Positions 11,327 to 22,445 of a stretch of DNA of 64,000 bases are shown one piece after another; the first letter of the stretch is position 1, and every line of letters begins with the position of its first letter. The DNA lies in assembly GCA_963804435.1 (NCBI GenBank), contig CAWDQI010000002.1, positions 17,196 through 81,195 of the forward strand, given 5' to 3'. Position numbers and translations under genes: made by a program. Below the pieces are notes generated by a model. That model ran no database searches. It saw only the letters and a list, made by a program, of their open reading frames with translations, and was not told the origin of the DNA. This stretch comes from an uncultured Actinomycetota bacterium (GTDB lineage Bacteria > Actinomycetota > Actinomycetes > Streptosporangiales > Streptosporangiaceae).

Positions 11327-11988
11327 CTGGCGTAAATCAATTGGCTCGCGATGCGACGTGCTTGAGGATCGCGATCGACGACCTGATCGACATCGAGATG
11401 ATCGGTGTCGATCACGATCGCGTCCGGCGCCGGTCGCAGCGGGGCCACAGCCCGCTCAGTGTCGACGCGGTCGCGCTCCTCGACCTCTTTTCGCATGGCT
11501 TCCTGGTCGACTCGCTCGCCCCGTCTCTCGTACTGCGCGGCGCGGCGCCGGACCTTCTCCTCGAGGCTCGCGACCAGGAAGAACTTGTAGATCCGCATCC
11601 GGAAAAACCACTGTTCCGATGTCGCGCCCCGCCATCACCACGCCTGACCCTCCCATCCGCCGCTGCTGCGCGACAAGCGCTTTCGCTCACGCCCGGGATC
11701 GCGGAGACCATCGGCAGCGCATCAGCGTAGTCGGCGTCGTAGATACCGTCCGTGAGCTCGACTCCGTTCGCCCACACGCGCTCGCCATCGATCTTTATGT
11801 CAGTCGAATCGGCCAGATCGCGTGATCGCTTCGGAATCATGCGGATCGATGCCGCGCTCAGCGGCGAGCTTGGTGATGGCGCGGTACATCAGGCCGCTGT
11901 CGACGAACGGAAGGCCAAGAGCATCGGCGACCCGCTTGCCGACAGCGGACTTACCAGAAGCGACGCCGCCATCGATGGCGACGATCAT
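11323..11988 (-). pseudogene. cmk: cytidylate kinase, about 3 frameshifts
   Basis: MIVAIDGGVASGKSAVGKRVADALGLPFVDSGLMYRA (P-loop) is fused in the track to the rlu[21 protein letters not shown] is in 11456..11656. The C-terminus is in ORF 11323..11598. Confidence 0.8.
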
Positions 11989-12770
11989 CTGAGTTTCTTC
12001 TGCTCCACGGCGCGCTGGAGCGCCGCGACCTCGGCCTCCCCGAGCACGCGCCAACCACCGGCCTTCAAGCCGACCGAGCTTCAGCGGCCCGAAGCCGACC
12101 CGGTTGAGCGATTGCACCTTGTGGCCGATGAAGTGGAGCATGCGGCGGACCTGCCGGTGCCGGCCTTCGCGAATCACGATCCGGATCTCGGAAACTCCGG
12201 AATCGCGGCTGCCAGGCGTGATCCGCAGCACCTCGACCTCCGCCGGCGCGGTCATGCCATCGTCGAGCTCGACGCCGGTGCGCAGGCTCTCGATGTCGGC
12301 CGAGCTGGGGTTGCCGGCGACCAACGCGATGTATTCCTTGCTCACCTTGTAGGCCGGATGGGTGAGGCGAAATGCGAGGTCGCCGTCATCTGTCAGGAGG
12401 AGCAGACCCGACGTGTCGGCGTCGAGCCGACCGACCGGGAACAACCGGTGGCCGCTCTTGCCTTCGTCACCGACCACGTCGAGCACCGTGGTTCGCGACG
12501 CTTCATCCCTCGCCGTCGTGATCACGCCGAGCGGCTTGTTCAAGACGATGTAGCGGTGCCTGGTGACTGGTTTGACCGGCTTGCCGTGGACCGTGATGCG
12601 ATCGCTGGTCGGGTCGATCAGCACTCCCTCGGGCGGCGGTGTCTTGCCGTTGACCCGAACGCCTCCAGACGCGATCAGCTCGTCGGCGGCGCGGCGGCTC
12701 GCCACGCCCGAGCGCGCGAGGAAGCGGTTCAGCCGTTCTTGGTTAGCGATCGTGCGCTCGTCGATTTGTC
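11985..12770 (-). pseudogene. rluB: 23S rRNA pseudouridine synthase RluB family; frameshift near 12075, no canonical start found
   Basis: S4 domain RLNRFLARSGVASRRAADELI, catalytic FPVGRLDADTSGLLLLTDDG, HPAYKVSKEY. The true C-terminus (LKAGGWRVLGEAEVAALQRAVEQKKLR, with a TGA overlapping the cmk ATG) lies in a second frame. Confidence 0.8.
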
Positions 12771-13280
12771 GCAGGTCGTCAGGTCGAGCCGCGGCCTGGG
12801 AAGGTGATCGAGCGACTCGAGGCCCATCACCTGGAGGAATCTCATCGTGGTGCCATACAGCTTTGGCTGGCCGGGCCCCGAGCCGCGGCCGACCTCGACG
12901 ATCAGGTCGCGAAGCTCGAGGTTGGTGAGGACGCTGTCGCAGTTGACGCCGCGCACCTCTTCGATGCGAGAACGCGGGACGGGCTGCTGGAAGGCGACGA
13001 TGGCGAGCGTCTCGTAGGCGGCCGGCGAGAGCTTGCCCGAAACCTCAGGACGCAGGGCACGTCGCACAGCAGCCGCAAATTCCGGGCGGGTTGCGAGGTG
13101 AATCTCGTCGTGGTGCCGCATCACCATCACGCCGCGTCCCTCCAGCGCACTGCGGAGCTCGTCAAGCGCCTGCTCGACCGCGGTGCGATCGCTGTCCGTC
13201 GCTTGCTGAAGCTCGCGCAGCTTGAGGGGCCGGTTGGAGCTGAACAGGATCGCCTCGAGCGCGGCAGAGATCTCACTCAT
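12729..13280 (-). CDS. scpB: segregation and condensation protein B
   Basis: ORF 12729..13340. Likely start at MSEISAALEAILFSSNRPLKLRELQ, typical of the ScpB N-terminus. AYETLAIVAFQQPVPRSRIEEVRGV. Confidence 0.8.
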   Translation of the reverse strand: MSEISAALEAILFSSNRPLKLRELQQATDSDRTAVEQALDELRSALEGRGVMVMRHHDEIHLATRPEFAAAVRRALRPEVSGKLSPAAYETLAIVAFQQPVPRSRIEEVRGVNCDSVLTNLELRDLIVEVGRGSGPGQPKLYGTTMRFLQVMGLESLDHLPRPRLDLTTCDKSTSARSLTKNG

Positions 13281-14010
13281 CGGTCGGGCTGCTCCTTCGC
13301 CTCGACGTGAATCGGCGCCGAACCGTTCCTTCTGCCGCACGCACCACCAGGGACCTCCGCAGCAGCTCCAGGACGGCGACGAAGGTGACGACCGCTTCGA
13401 GACGGTCCTCCGACTCCAGGATCAGCTCCACCAGCTCGATCGGTCCACGGCGCAGCCGATCCGTGATGAGCGTCGAGCTTCTCCTGCAAGCGTCCACGTC
13501 CGGCCCGTGACCACGAGCGGACGCGGAGGAATGCGCGCGAGGACGCTGTTGAACGCGACCATCAGGAGCCCGACCTCCAGCGGCTCCTCCTGGCCGCCCG
13601 CCTCGACGGGACGCGCGGGCGGCGGGAAAGAGAACGAGTCCTTCTGGGCGCGCTCCATCAGCTCGCCGGCCATCTCCTTGTAGACGCGGTACTCCTCCAG
13701 GCGCCGGCGCACCTCCTCCTCCCAGCCGAGCAGATCGGTCTCCTCTTCGGTCGGCGGCTCGCCGGGCAGCAGGCGGATGGACTTGATCAGGAGCAGTCGC
13801 GCGGCCATCCACAGGAACTCGGCCATCTCCTGCGGGTCGGCGACCTCGCGCGACGGCCACCTCGGCGAGGTAGGCGTCCGTCACCTTGGCCAGCGAGACC
13901 TGGAAGATGTCGAGCTCTTCGCGCTCCACCAGCGCCAGGAGAAGCTCCAGAGGTCCCTCGAACACCTGCGTGCTTACGCCAAGGCGCGGGCCAGCAAGAG
14001 GCTGCTCCAC
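13280..14010 (-). pseudogene. scpA: segregation and condensation protein A, 2-3 frameshifts
   Basis: QVFEGPLELLLALVEREELDIFQVSLAKVTDAYL, ORF 13422..13826 (FLWMAARLLLIKS...), and C-terminus VTFVAVLELLRR. GTG start at 14010. The 3' end is approximate. Confidence 0.75.
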
Positions 14011-14021
14011 GAGCCGTAAGC

Positions 14022-14695
14022 CTATCTCAGGTTCACCTGGTGGAACTTTTCGACGCGGGCGATGGCGCGCCAGCGGCGCATCAGCGCGGCAGGGCTCGTG
14101 GTCTGGCTTGCGTGCGCGAGTCGCGCCTCGATCTTCTTGCCGATGACTTCTCCGACGTCGATCTCGAGGTTCGGCTGCTAGCCCGCCGAAGCACCACGCC
14201 TCCGCGGTTTCATGCGGCGGGCCGGCTTTCGGAAACGTCAGAGGATCTCGCGCGCTGGGCCAGGCCGCGTCCAGCGCGACGCGCCCGACGACCCGGTGGT
14301 CCGGGTGATAGCGATAGGGGACGTTCGGGTCGAAGGTCAGGATCACGTCGGGCTTCGAGGTCCGGATCTCGCGCACGAGCTCCTCGCGCAGCTCGAGGCT
14401 TTCGACGAGCTCGGCGTCAGGGTGGCGGAGAAAGACCACGCGCTTGACGCCGAGCACGTCCGCGGCCAGCTCCTGCTCCCGCTCGCGGATTCGAGCGACT
14501 TTCGCGCGCGACTTGCTTGCGTCGCGCGCGCCCTTGTCACCCGAGGTCGCAAGCACGAAGTCGACCGCGGCGCCGTGGCGCGTCATCAGCAGCACAGTGC
14601 CCGCGCAGTAGAACTCGATGTCATCGGGATGCGCGACGATGCAGAGCGCGCGCTTGATGCGCCTGATCCTCCGGGCCGGTGAACAGCTTCGGCAT
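14022..14695 (-). pseudogene. PIG-L/LmbE family N-acetylglucosaminyl deacetylase, about 2 frameshifts
   Basis: ALCIVAHPDDIEFYCAGTVLL...ATSGDKG and YHPDHRVVG motifs. The ATG at 14695 directly abuts the recN stop. TAG stop at 14022. Confidence 0.7.
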
Positions 14696-16294
14696 CTATC
14701 TCCTGTGACTCCTCAGCAGCTCGTGCGCCCGCGCCACGGCCTTCGGCGTGACGCCGCCGCTCATCATCCGGGCCAGCTCTCGCGCGCGCTCGTCGTCCGA
14801 GGTCAACTCCCGCACCGAGACCACGTTGCGCCCATCGGGGCCCGGAGATTTCTCCACCACGAGGTGATGGTCGGCGAACGCGGCGATCTGCGCGAGATGC
14901 GTGACCACCAGCACCTGGTGGCGCGAGCCGAGGGCCTTGAGGCGCAGACCCACCTGCACCGCGGCCTCGCCGCCGATGCCTGCGTCGACCTCGTCGAACA
15001 CCAGCGTCGGGAGGCGGTCAGCATCGGCTCCAACCGTCTTGATGGCCAGCATCACGCGGGCGAGCTCGCCGCCCGACGCGACACGTGCCAGCGGCTGCAA
15101 GCGGCTCGCCAGGGTTGGCGGAGAACATCATCTCGGCGCCCTCGGCGCCGGTCGGACCGATCTCGGCTGCGGCGCGCAGGTCGATCTCGAACCGCGCTCC
15201 TTCGAGACGCAGGCCCTCCAGCTCGTGCAGCCACGGCCTTCTGCATGCGCCTGGCCGCACTTTTGCGCGCCTCGGTCAGCGCCGCGCCGCGTGTGTCCAG
15301 GGTGGCACGACGCGCATCGCGCTCTGCCTGGGCGGCGGCGAGCGCCCCTTCGAGGTCCTGGGTCGCGCCGATCTGCACCTCGAGGCGGCGCAGCTCCTCG
15401 ACCGCCGACTCGAGCGTGCCGCCGTACTTGCGCTTGATCCCGTCCAGGACCGCCAGGCGCGACTCGATCGCGTCCAGCCGTCGCCGGATCGGTGTCGAGC
15501 AGCCTCGCCGTAGCGCCGGATCTCCGCGGCGGAGTCCGACGACTCCTCCGCGAGAGCCTCCAGGCGCGAAGCCTGGTCGGCAAGCGCGGGTCGAGCTCGG
15601 CGGCTGAGCGAATCGCCGCGGCTGCGCGGGCGACACCGTCCTCGTGCAGCGCGTCGATCGCCTGCTGCCCGAGCTCCGCCAGGCGGGCGGCATGCCGTGC
15701 CGCCGCTCGTTCTGCCGAGAGTTCTTCGTCTTCGCCTGCGTGCGGGTCCGCCGCGCGGAGCTCTTCGAGCTGCCATCGCATGTACTCCTGCTCGCGCTGG
15801 CCGCGGGACCGAAGCTGCTCGAGGTCGCGAACCTTGCCGCCGGCCTCGATCCACGCCGCATAAGCGACGGCGACCGCGGCCCGCTTCTCCATCGCGCCCG
15901 CATACCCGTCGAGCAGCTCGGTCTGCGTCTCGCTGTCGAGCAGCGCGTGGTGCTCGTGCTGGCCGTGCAGCGCCACCAGGTTGCGTCCGAGCTCGCGCAG
16001 CGCCTCGGCGGGCGCCGTCCGTCCGTCGATGCGCGCCGCGCTTCGCTTGCCCAGCTCCCGCTGCAGCACCAGCGCAACCCCGTCGGACTCGAACGCGCCT
16101 TCGACGGTCGCTCTGTCGGCTCCGTGGCGGACCTGGTCGGCGCCGCCTCGCGCTCCAAGGGTCAGGCTCAGCGCGTCGACGATCAGGGACTTGCCGCTGC
16201 CGGTTTCGCCCGTCAAGAGGTTGAGGCCCGGACCGAAGCGGACCCGGCACTCGGCGACCAGGGCAAGGTCGCGGACCCTGAGCTCGTTGAGCAC
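14696..16294 (-). pseudogene. recN: DNA repair protein RecN, at least 4 frameshifts
   Basis: VLNELRVRDLALV...LNLLTGETGSGKSLIVDAL (Walker A) in the frame of ORF 15128..16717. C-terminus SGGELARVMLAIK and LVFDEVDAGIGG in ORF 14696..15100. Confidence 0.85.
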
Positions 16295-16304
16295 TACTGC
16301 TTGA

Positions 16305-17148
16305 CTATTTCTTGGGAACCAGGGGCCGGCCCCAGCCGAGCTTTTCGCCCAGCCGGCGGTAGAACTCTTCGGGCGGGCTGAAGCGAACCACCTTGAGCCG
16401 GCGGGGATGCGAGCTGCACCGGACCATGTCGCCGGTCGCGACCGCGCGTCCCGCGGCGCGCCGTCGATCCGCATCTCGGCCGGCCCGCGGAGGACCGACA
16501 GCCTGATGTCCTGTCCCGGCGGAAACACGATCGGACGCACCGTGAGGGCGAATGGGTTCATCGGCACGAGCACCAGGTCGCGGAGGGTCGGCTCGAGGAT
16601 GGGGCCGCCGCTCGCCAGCGCGTACGCCGTGGATCCGGTCGCCGTCGCGACCATCACGCCGTCGGCATCGATGACTCCGACCGCCTGGCCGCCGACGTCG
16701 ATCTCGACCCGCAGCATGCGCGCCTCGCCGGAATGGTCGACGACGACCTCGTTGAGGCCGATCGCGCTGGCGACGGTCCTGCGTACCGCGGCTGAGCACG
16801 ACCTGGAGGATCGTCCGCTCCTCGATCCGGTAGTCGCCGTCGAGGAAGCGCTTCAGCCCGTCCTCGAGGTGCTCTGACTCGACCTCGGTCAAGAAGCCGA
16901 GCCGGCCGAGGTTGACCCCGAGGAGGGGAATGCCTCGCGGGGCGGCGAAGCGGGCGCCCGCCAGGAATGTGCCGTCGCCGCCCAGCGTGACGACCAGGCC
17001 GCACGCTTTGAGGCGCTCGGTGGTCCTTCTCACGGGGCCGTCGCGATCGGTTTCGACCGCATCGACACCGCGCTCCTTCAACGCGTCGATGGCGCGGTCG
17101 ACCACCGACTGCTCGGCGCCCGGCCCACGGAGGATGCAGAGCGATCAA
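16305..17148 (-). pseudogene. nadK: NAD kinase, about 3 frameshifts
   Basis: VVTLGGDGTFL and IPLLGVNLGRLGFLTE in ORF 16305..17105. VIDADGVMVATATGSTAYALASGGPIL is in the frame of ORF 15128..16717. Confidence 0.8.
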
Positions 17149-17866
17149 CTTCGGCGCTCAGGTGGAAGAAGAATTCCTGGTTGCCTTCCGCCCCGCTCAG
17201 CTCGGACGGCGCTTCGCCGGCCACCGGGTAGCCGTTGCCGGCGCACCACGTCCTGAACCTCTGAAGCGCCGCCTCGATGACCAGCGGGTCGCGCACGATC
17301 CCTCCCTTCCCCACCTCGGTCTTGCCGACCTCGAACTGCGGCTTGAACAGCGCCACCACCTCCGCCTCGCGGCGCCGCCTGTCGCACGGCGGGCAGCACC
17401 TTCTCGAGGCTGATGAAGGACAGGTCGGCGACGACGAGGCTCACCGGCTCCGGGAAGCGATTCGAGGTCACGGGCGTTCACGCGCTCGATCACCACCACG
17501 CGCGGATCCTGGCGCAGCCGCCAGTGGATCAGGCCGCGGCCGACATCGATGGCGAAGACCTTCGCCGCGCCGCGCCGCAGCAAGCACGTCGGTGAAGCCG
17601 CCGGTCGACGCACCGATGTCGGCGCAAACGCGGCCGGCGGGATCGACGCCAAAGCGGTCGAGCGCCGGGCCAAGCTTCAACGCACCGCGGCTCGCGTATC
17701 CCGGGCTCTCGTCGACGGTGATGACTTCGTCCTCCCGCACGGAGCGGTCCGGACGGCGCTCGGTCGCGCCCGCGACCTGCACCTTGCCCGCCAGGATCAG
17801 CGCCTGCGCGCGCTGCCGCGACTCGATACGGCCGCTCTTGGTGAGAAAGACGTCGAGGCGTGGCAT
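17145..17866 (-). pseudogene. tlyA: TlyA family rRNA 2'-O-methyltransferase (S4 + FtsJ-like), about 3 frameshifts
   Basis: MPRLDVFLTKSG...[43 protein letters not shown], spread across ORFs 17468..17866, 17197..17673, 17145..17471 and 17078..17359. Confidence 0.8.
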
Positions 17867-17871
17867 CGGTC

Positions 17872-18287
17872 TCAGAGGATCAGCCCGACGACGATGCCGA
17901 GCACGGCTCCGACGACCACCTCCACCGGCGTGTGGCCGAGCAGCTCGCGGAGCTTCTGCTCCTGCATGCCGCGCATGTGCACGAGGTCCTCGACCAGCCG
18001 GTTCAGGATGGCGGCCTGGCGGCCGGCAGCGCGGCGCAGCCCGGCGGCGTCGTACATCACCACGAACGAGAAGATAAGGGCGATCGCGAACGCCGCGGAA
18101 GAGACGCCCGCATATTTACCGACCGCGGTGGTCATGCCCATCACGATCGCGGCGTGGCTGCTCGGCATGCCGCCCGTCTCGGCGAGCACCCGCAGGTTCA
18201 GCCTCCGCTGACGCCAGCGACGTCAGGATCACCTTGGCCGCCTGGGCGATCGCCCAGGCCACCAGCGGGGCGAGCAGAAATTTCACG
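17872..18287 (-). pseudogene. DUF212 / divergent PAP2 (YuiD-like) membrane protein, one frameshift near 18215
   Basis: ORF 17872..18189 has GGMPSSHAA and VMYDAAGLRR. The N-terminus VKFLLAPLVAWAIAQAAKVIL lies in another frame, starting at about 18287. Confidence 0.65.
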
Positions 18288-18537
18288 CGCTCACTGGGCG
18301 CGAAATCAGCCGCAGACTCTGATCGGGGTCACGATTGATCTGGTCGGCGCGAGCTTTCAGCTCGTCGAGGCGGGCCTGGGCTTCGGCGAGGATCCGGACC
18401 GCGCGCTGGTGGGCGGCGACCAGCTCTTCGAGGGGCGCCGTGCCGCTCGCCAGCTCCGCGATGGTCTTCTCGAGGGTCGCCAGCAGGTCCTCGAAGCGCG
18501 CAGTCTCGACGGGCCGCTCGGTGCCGGCCTGGTTCAA
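18283..18537 (-). CDS. xseB: exodeoxyribonuclease VII small subunit
   Basis: 84-aa ORF. FEDLLATLEKTIAELASGTAPLEELVAAHQRAVRILAEAQARLDE matches the XseB helical hairpin pattern. Confidence 0.75.
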   Translation of the reverse strand: MNQAGTERPVETARFEDLLATLEKTIAELASGTAPLEELVAAHQRAVRILAEAQARLDELKARADQINRDPDQSLRLISRPVSA

Positions 18538-18968
18538 TTCGCGTCCGGCGCGGTCACGGCGCCGGGCGCGGTGGTCGCCACGACGCGGCCGAGGATGCCG
18601 TTCACGAAGCGGCCGGCCTCTTCTCCCGAGAAGGTCTTGGCGAGCTCGATCGACTCATTGATGGCTGCCTTCGTCGGGACATGGCGATCGATCGCGATCT
18701 CATACACCGCGATGCGCAGGATGATGCGGTCGACCTTTGCCATCTGGCCGAGCTTCCAGTGGTCGGAGGCCTCGCTGAGGATGGCGTCGAGCTTCTCGCG
18801 GTTGGCGATCACGCCCTGGACGAGCTGCAGGGCGAACGTCGCTACGTCCGGCGTGGCCGCGCCCTCGAAAGCGTGGTAGCGCAGGACCTCCTCGGTGTCG
18901 TCGTCGGCAGCCTCGAGCTGGAACAGGGTCTTGAGCGCCAGCTCCCTGGCCTGGTGTCGCTTGCCCAC
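18534..18968 (-). CDS. nusB: transcription antitermination factor NusB
   Basis: GTG at 18968. GKRHQARELALKTLFQLE...ILRIAVYEI...AINESIELAKTFSGEEAGRFVNGILG. Confidence 0.85.
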   Translation of the reverse strand: MGKRHQARELALKTLFQLEAADDDTEEVLRYHAFEGAATPDVATFALQLVQGVIANREKLDAILSEASDHWKLGQMAKVDRIILRIAVYEIAIDRHVPTKAAINESIELAKTFSGEEAGRFVNGILGRVVATTAPGAVTAPDAN

Positions 18969-18975
18969 CCGGCGC

Positions 18976-19326
18976 TTAGCTGGCGAAGGCGACGCTGGAA
19001 ACGAAGACGTTGACCTCCCCCACTTCCAGGCCGAGCATTCGCTCGGTCGCTTCGACCACGTTTGACTGGACCGACCCGGCAACCTCCGCGAGCTTCGCCT
19101 CGGACTCCACCGTGATGAAGACCTCGAGGTGGATCGAGCGATCGGCCTCGATGTGCACGCGCACGCCGCGGTGGGCGGACTGGCGCCGAACCCAGTCGCC
19201 GAAATGCCGCGCGGCGGCCTCGTCCATGCCTTCGACGCCTTCGACCTCGCACGCGGCAAGCGCCGCGATGCTCGCGATCACCTCGTTGGCCACGCGGACC
19301 GCGCCCAGGGAACCGTTCTGACCCAT
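18976..19326 (-). CDS. Asp23/Gls24 family envelope stress protein
   Basis: 116-aa ORF. VRVANEVIASIAALAACEVEGV and a position between efp and nusB, as in Firmicutes-type loci. Confidence 0.75.
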   Translation of the reverse strand: MGQNGSLGAVRVANEVIASIAALAACEVEGVEGMDEAAARHFGDWVRRQSAHRGVRVHIEADRSIHLEVFITVESEAKLAEVAGSVQSNVVEATERMLGLEVGEVNVFVSSVAFAS

Positions 19327-19351
19327 ACCTAGGCCATTATCCCTTAGGGGT

Positions 19352-19909
19352 CTATGCTCGCTCCATATAGGTCTGGGTGCGGGTGTCGACCCGGATCACG
19401 TCGCCGGGCTGGATGAACAGTGGCACCTGGATCGTGGCGCCTGTCTCGAGCTTCGCCGGTTGGCTGCCGCCCGAGACCGTGTCCCCTTTGAATCCCGGGT
19501 CGGTCGAGACTACCTTGAGCTCGACGTTGATCGGCAGCTCCACGCCGATGAGCTTGTCCTGGTACCTGAGCAGGTAGGCGACGCTTCCCTCCTTCAAGAG
19601 CGGCAGCACGGATTCCAGGAGGGATTCATCGATCGGCACCTGGTCGTAAGTCTTCGGGTCCATGAAGTAGTGATGCGCTCCATCCGCGTAGAGGTATTGG
19701 GCTTCGTTCTTGTCGATCCGCACCGTCTTGTACTTGTCGGCGCTGCGGAAGCTCTGCTCGAAGATCGCGCCCGTGAGCAGGTTGCGCAGCTTGGCCTTGA
19801 TCACCGCGCCGGCGCGCGCCAGCTTGATGTGCTCGACGGTGACGACCTGCAAGAGCTGGCCGTCCATCTCGAACATCGTCCCGTTTCGAAAGTCGCTGGT
19901 AGAGATCAT
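19352..19909 (-). CDS. efp: translation elongation factor P (loop KLARAG, Arg32 at the tip)
   Basis: MISTSDFRNGTMFEMDGQLLQV...KLRNLLTGAI...PGFKGDTVSGGSQPAKLETGATIQVPLFI. The ATG at 19909 overlaps the aroQ stop (ATGA). Confidence 0.9.
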   Translation of the reverse strand: MISTSDFRNGTMFEMDGQLLQVVTVEHIKLARAGAVIKAKLRNLLTGAIFEQSFRSADKYKTVRIDKNEAQYLYADGAHHYFMDPKTYDQVPIDESLLESVLPLLKEGSVAYLLRYQDKLIGVELPINVELKVVSTDPGFKGDTVSGGSQPAKLETGATIQVPLFIQPGDVIRVDTRTQTYMERA

Positions 19910-20334
19910 TGCGTTACCAGATACTCCATTGCCAATTCGTAGCCTTTGAAACCCAGCCCGGTGATCACGCCGCGCGCCGCGCGCGCCGTGACGCTCTTCG
20001 AGCGGAACTCTTCGCGCGCGTGGATGTTCGAGATGTGGACCTCGACCGTCGGCACCTCGAGCGCCTGAAGGCAATCGTAGAGAGCGAGGGAGTAGTGGGA
20101 CAGGGCCGCCGGGTTGATCACGATCCCGAGCGCGCCAGGGGCCTCCTTTTGCAGGAAGTCGATGATCGCGCCCTCGTCGTTGCTCTGAAAAACGCTGACC
20201 GTCACGCCCAGCTCTTTGGCCTTGGCGCGCACGGTTTTGAGCAGGTCGGCCATCGACCGCGTGCCGTAGATGTGCGGCTCGCGCTTACCGAGCAGGTTCA
20301 GGTTGGGCCCGTTGACGACGACGATCCGCTTCAT
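19906..20334 (-). CDS. aroQ: type II 3-dehydroquinate dehydratase
   Basis: MKRIVVVNGPNLNLLGKREPHIYG...HISNIHAREEFR. The ATG at 20334 overlaps the aroB stop. Confidence 0.9.
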   Translation of the reverse strand: MKRIVVVNGPNLNLLGKREPHIYGTRSMADLLKTVRAKAKELGVTVSVFQSNDEGAIIDFLQKEAPGALGIVINPAALSHYSLALYDCLQALEVPTVEVHISNIHAREEFRSKSVTARAARGVITGLGFKGYELAMEYLVTQ

Positions 20335-21366
20335 GCCAGCGCTCGGGTCACGGCGCGGCGCACCAGCGGTGACGGAACCGCGTGACCGATCTCGGCGCGA
20401 CCAAGGCGGCGCGGCAGGACCCACGCGACCTTGCCCCGCCGGGCCTTCTTGTCTCGAGGGATCGCGGCCAGGACTCGGGCAGGATCGACGTGAGGGGGCT
20501 TGTCCGGCAAGCCGTACGAGGTAAGCATCTCATCCTGGGACTCGACCAGCCGCTTGCTGCACAGCTCCATCGAGAGCGCGATCTGGGCGGCGACGCGCAT
20601 CCCGAAAGCGACCGAGCGTCCATGCGAGATGCGAAATCCGCTGGCCGCCTCGAGCGCGTGGCCGGCGGTGTGTCCGTAGTTCAGGATGGCCCGCCGGACC
20701 TTTTCGCGCTCGTCCTTGGCTACGACCAGCGCTTTGGCCGTGACGCACCGAAAGACCACGCTTTCGAGCAGCGCGCGGTCGCCCGCGAGCAGGCGTGGGC
20801 GCTCCTTTTTGAGGAGGTCGAAAAGGCCGTGGTCCATGGCAACGGCGTACTTTACAACCTCGGCGAACGCTTCCCGATAGTTGACCGCCGGCAGGGTTTC
20901 GATACAGGCCAGGTCCGCGATCACGGCGGACGGCTGCCAGAAAGCGCCGATCGCGTTCTTGGATCGCGTCCCGTTGACTCCGGTCTTTCCGCCGATGCTC
21001 GAATCGACCATCGCGAGGAGGGTCGTCGGAACGCCGACCAGGCGTATACCGCGCTGCCAGACGGCTGCGGCGAAGCCCGCGAGATCCCCAACCGTGCCGC
21101 CGCCGACAGCGATCACGCACCCACCACGATCGATGCGCTGGCGCTCGAGGAACGCGAGCACCTCCTGCAGCTGGGTCATCGACTTGGATCGCTCGCCGAC
21201 GGGGATCACATGGATCGCCGTCTTCAGGCCGGCGCGCTTGATCGACTTCGAGACCTTGACCGCCCACGGCCTCACGTTGGAGTCGGTGATGATCGCCACG
21301 CGCGGTCGGATCCATCCGCGTCACGACGCCGCGCAGCTCGCGGTGGATGTTGCTGCCGATCACCAC
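20331..21366 (-). pseudogene. aroB: 3-dehydroquinate synthase, one frameshift near 21300
   Basis: ORF 20331..21299 (GGGTVGDLAGFAAAVWQRGIRLVGVPTTLLAMVDSSIGGKTGVN) plus N-terminus YPVVIGSNIHRELRGVV in ORF 20530..21366. Confidence 0.85.
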
Positions 21367-21396
21367 CGGGTAGCTTCCCGCTGGAGGAGTCGAGGA

Positions 21397-21893
21397 TCAG
21401 GCGGACCAAAGCTTGATCACCTCGTCCGCAACCACCTCGGCCGGTCGATCACCGTCGACTCGATGCGCGGCCTGCTCATAACGCGGCCGCCGCCGCTCGA
21501 AGAGCGCGAGCACCTCCTCGCGGGACCGCCCCGAGGCGAGCGGTCGTCCGGGCCGGGCCTGGATGCGCTGCCACATGGTTTCGAAAGGAACCTCGAGATA
21601 GACGGTGTTCGCACTGCCGTCCACCAGCCGCCAGTTGCCGTCGTCGATCAGCGTGCCGCCGCCAAGCGCCACGACAGCGCCCGGCTGCAGCGCGCGAGGC
21701 AGGACGCGCGTCTCGAGTTGCGGAAAGCGGGCTCGCCTGTGGGTCGCGAAGATCTCGGGGATGGTCATCCCGGCTTCCACCTCGACCATCAGGTCAAGGT
21801 CGTGAAAGGGCGCTTTCGTCCTCTCGGCGACGACAGCCCCAACCAGGGTCTTACCCGAGCCCATGAAGCCGACGAGCGCCAGCGGACGGAGAA
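21397..21893 (-). CDS. aroK: shikimate kinase (start codon unclear)
   Basis: C-terminal part of ORF 21397..22347: ILRPLALVGFMGSGKTLVG...LEVPFETMWQRI. No canonical start lies between the upstream TAA (21894) and the P-loop. Confidence 0.8.
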
Positions 21894-22439
21894 TTAGATG
21901 CCGCTCGGGTTGGCCGGCATCGCCGACGGCGCCGAGGGCGCGCCTCCGCCTCGACGCTTCTCCGACTGCATGAACACCTGGTCGCGGAAAGTGCCTGGAT
22001 TCGGCAGGTGGTTGAGTACCTCGGCGCCCTGCGCGCCCGCCGCATCGATCTCGACCCGGCCGTAGCCGAGCATGCGGCCCATCACCGACATCTTGGTCGT
22101 GCAGTCCTGGATCCGGTCGATGGGGATGACCTTCTCCTGGCGGCCGAAAACGCCCGTCTCGATCTTGATGCGCTGGTCGGTCAGCGTGTACGTGGTCGAC
22201 TGCCAGCGGATCCATACCACGATGAGCCAGAGCAGCGCGAGCGCAATCACGGCCAGCGTGAGATAGGTGCGGAAGTGGAGGGGCAGGTTCCACGTGTTGT
22301 AGTTCGGCCTCGAGGATCGTGAAGTCGGCGATAACGACGAGGATCACGCAACGATGGGCAGCCAGATCGATTTGATGAGGACTACCCAGTGCGGGTGGTC
22401 CTTCAGGATCAGGTTCTCTCCGGGAAGTAGATTGCTCAT
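21894..22439 (-). pseudogene. bPH_2 (YdbS/YdbT-like, DUF304) membrane PH-domain protein, about 2 frameshifts
   Basis: MSNLLPGENLILKDHPHWVVLIKSIWLPIV (ATG at 22439), then TM segments, then ORF 21894..22250 (YTLTDQRIKIETGVFGRQEKVIPIDRIQD). Confidence 0.65.
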
Positions 22440-22445
22440 GGCCGC

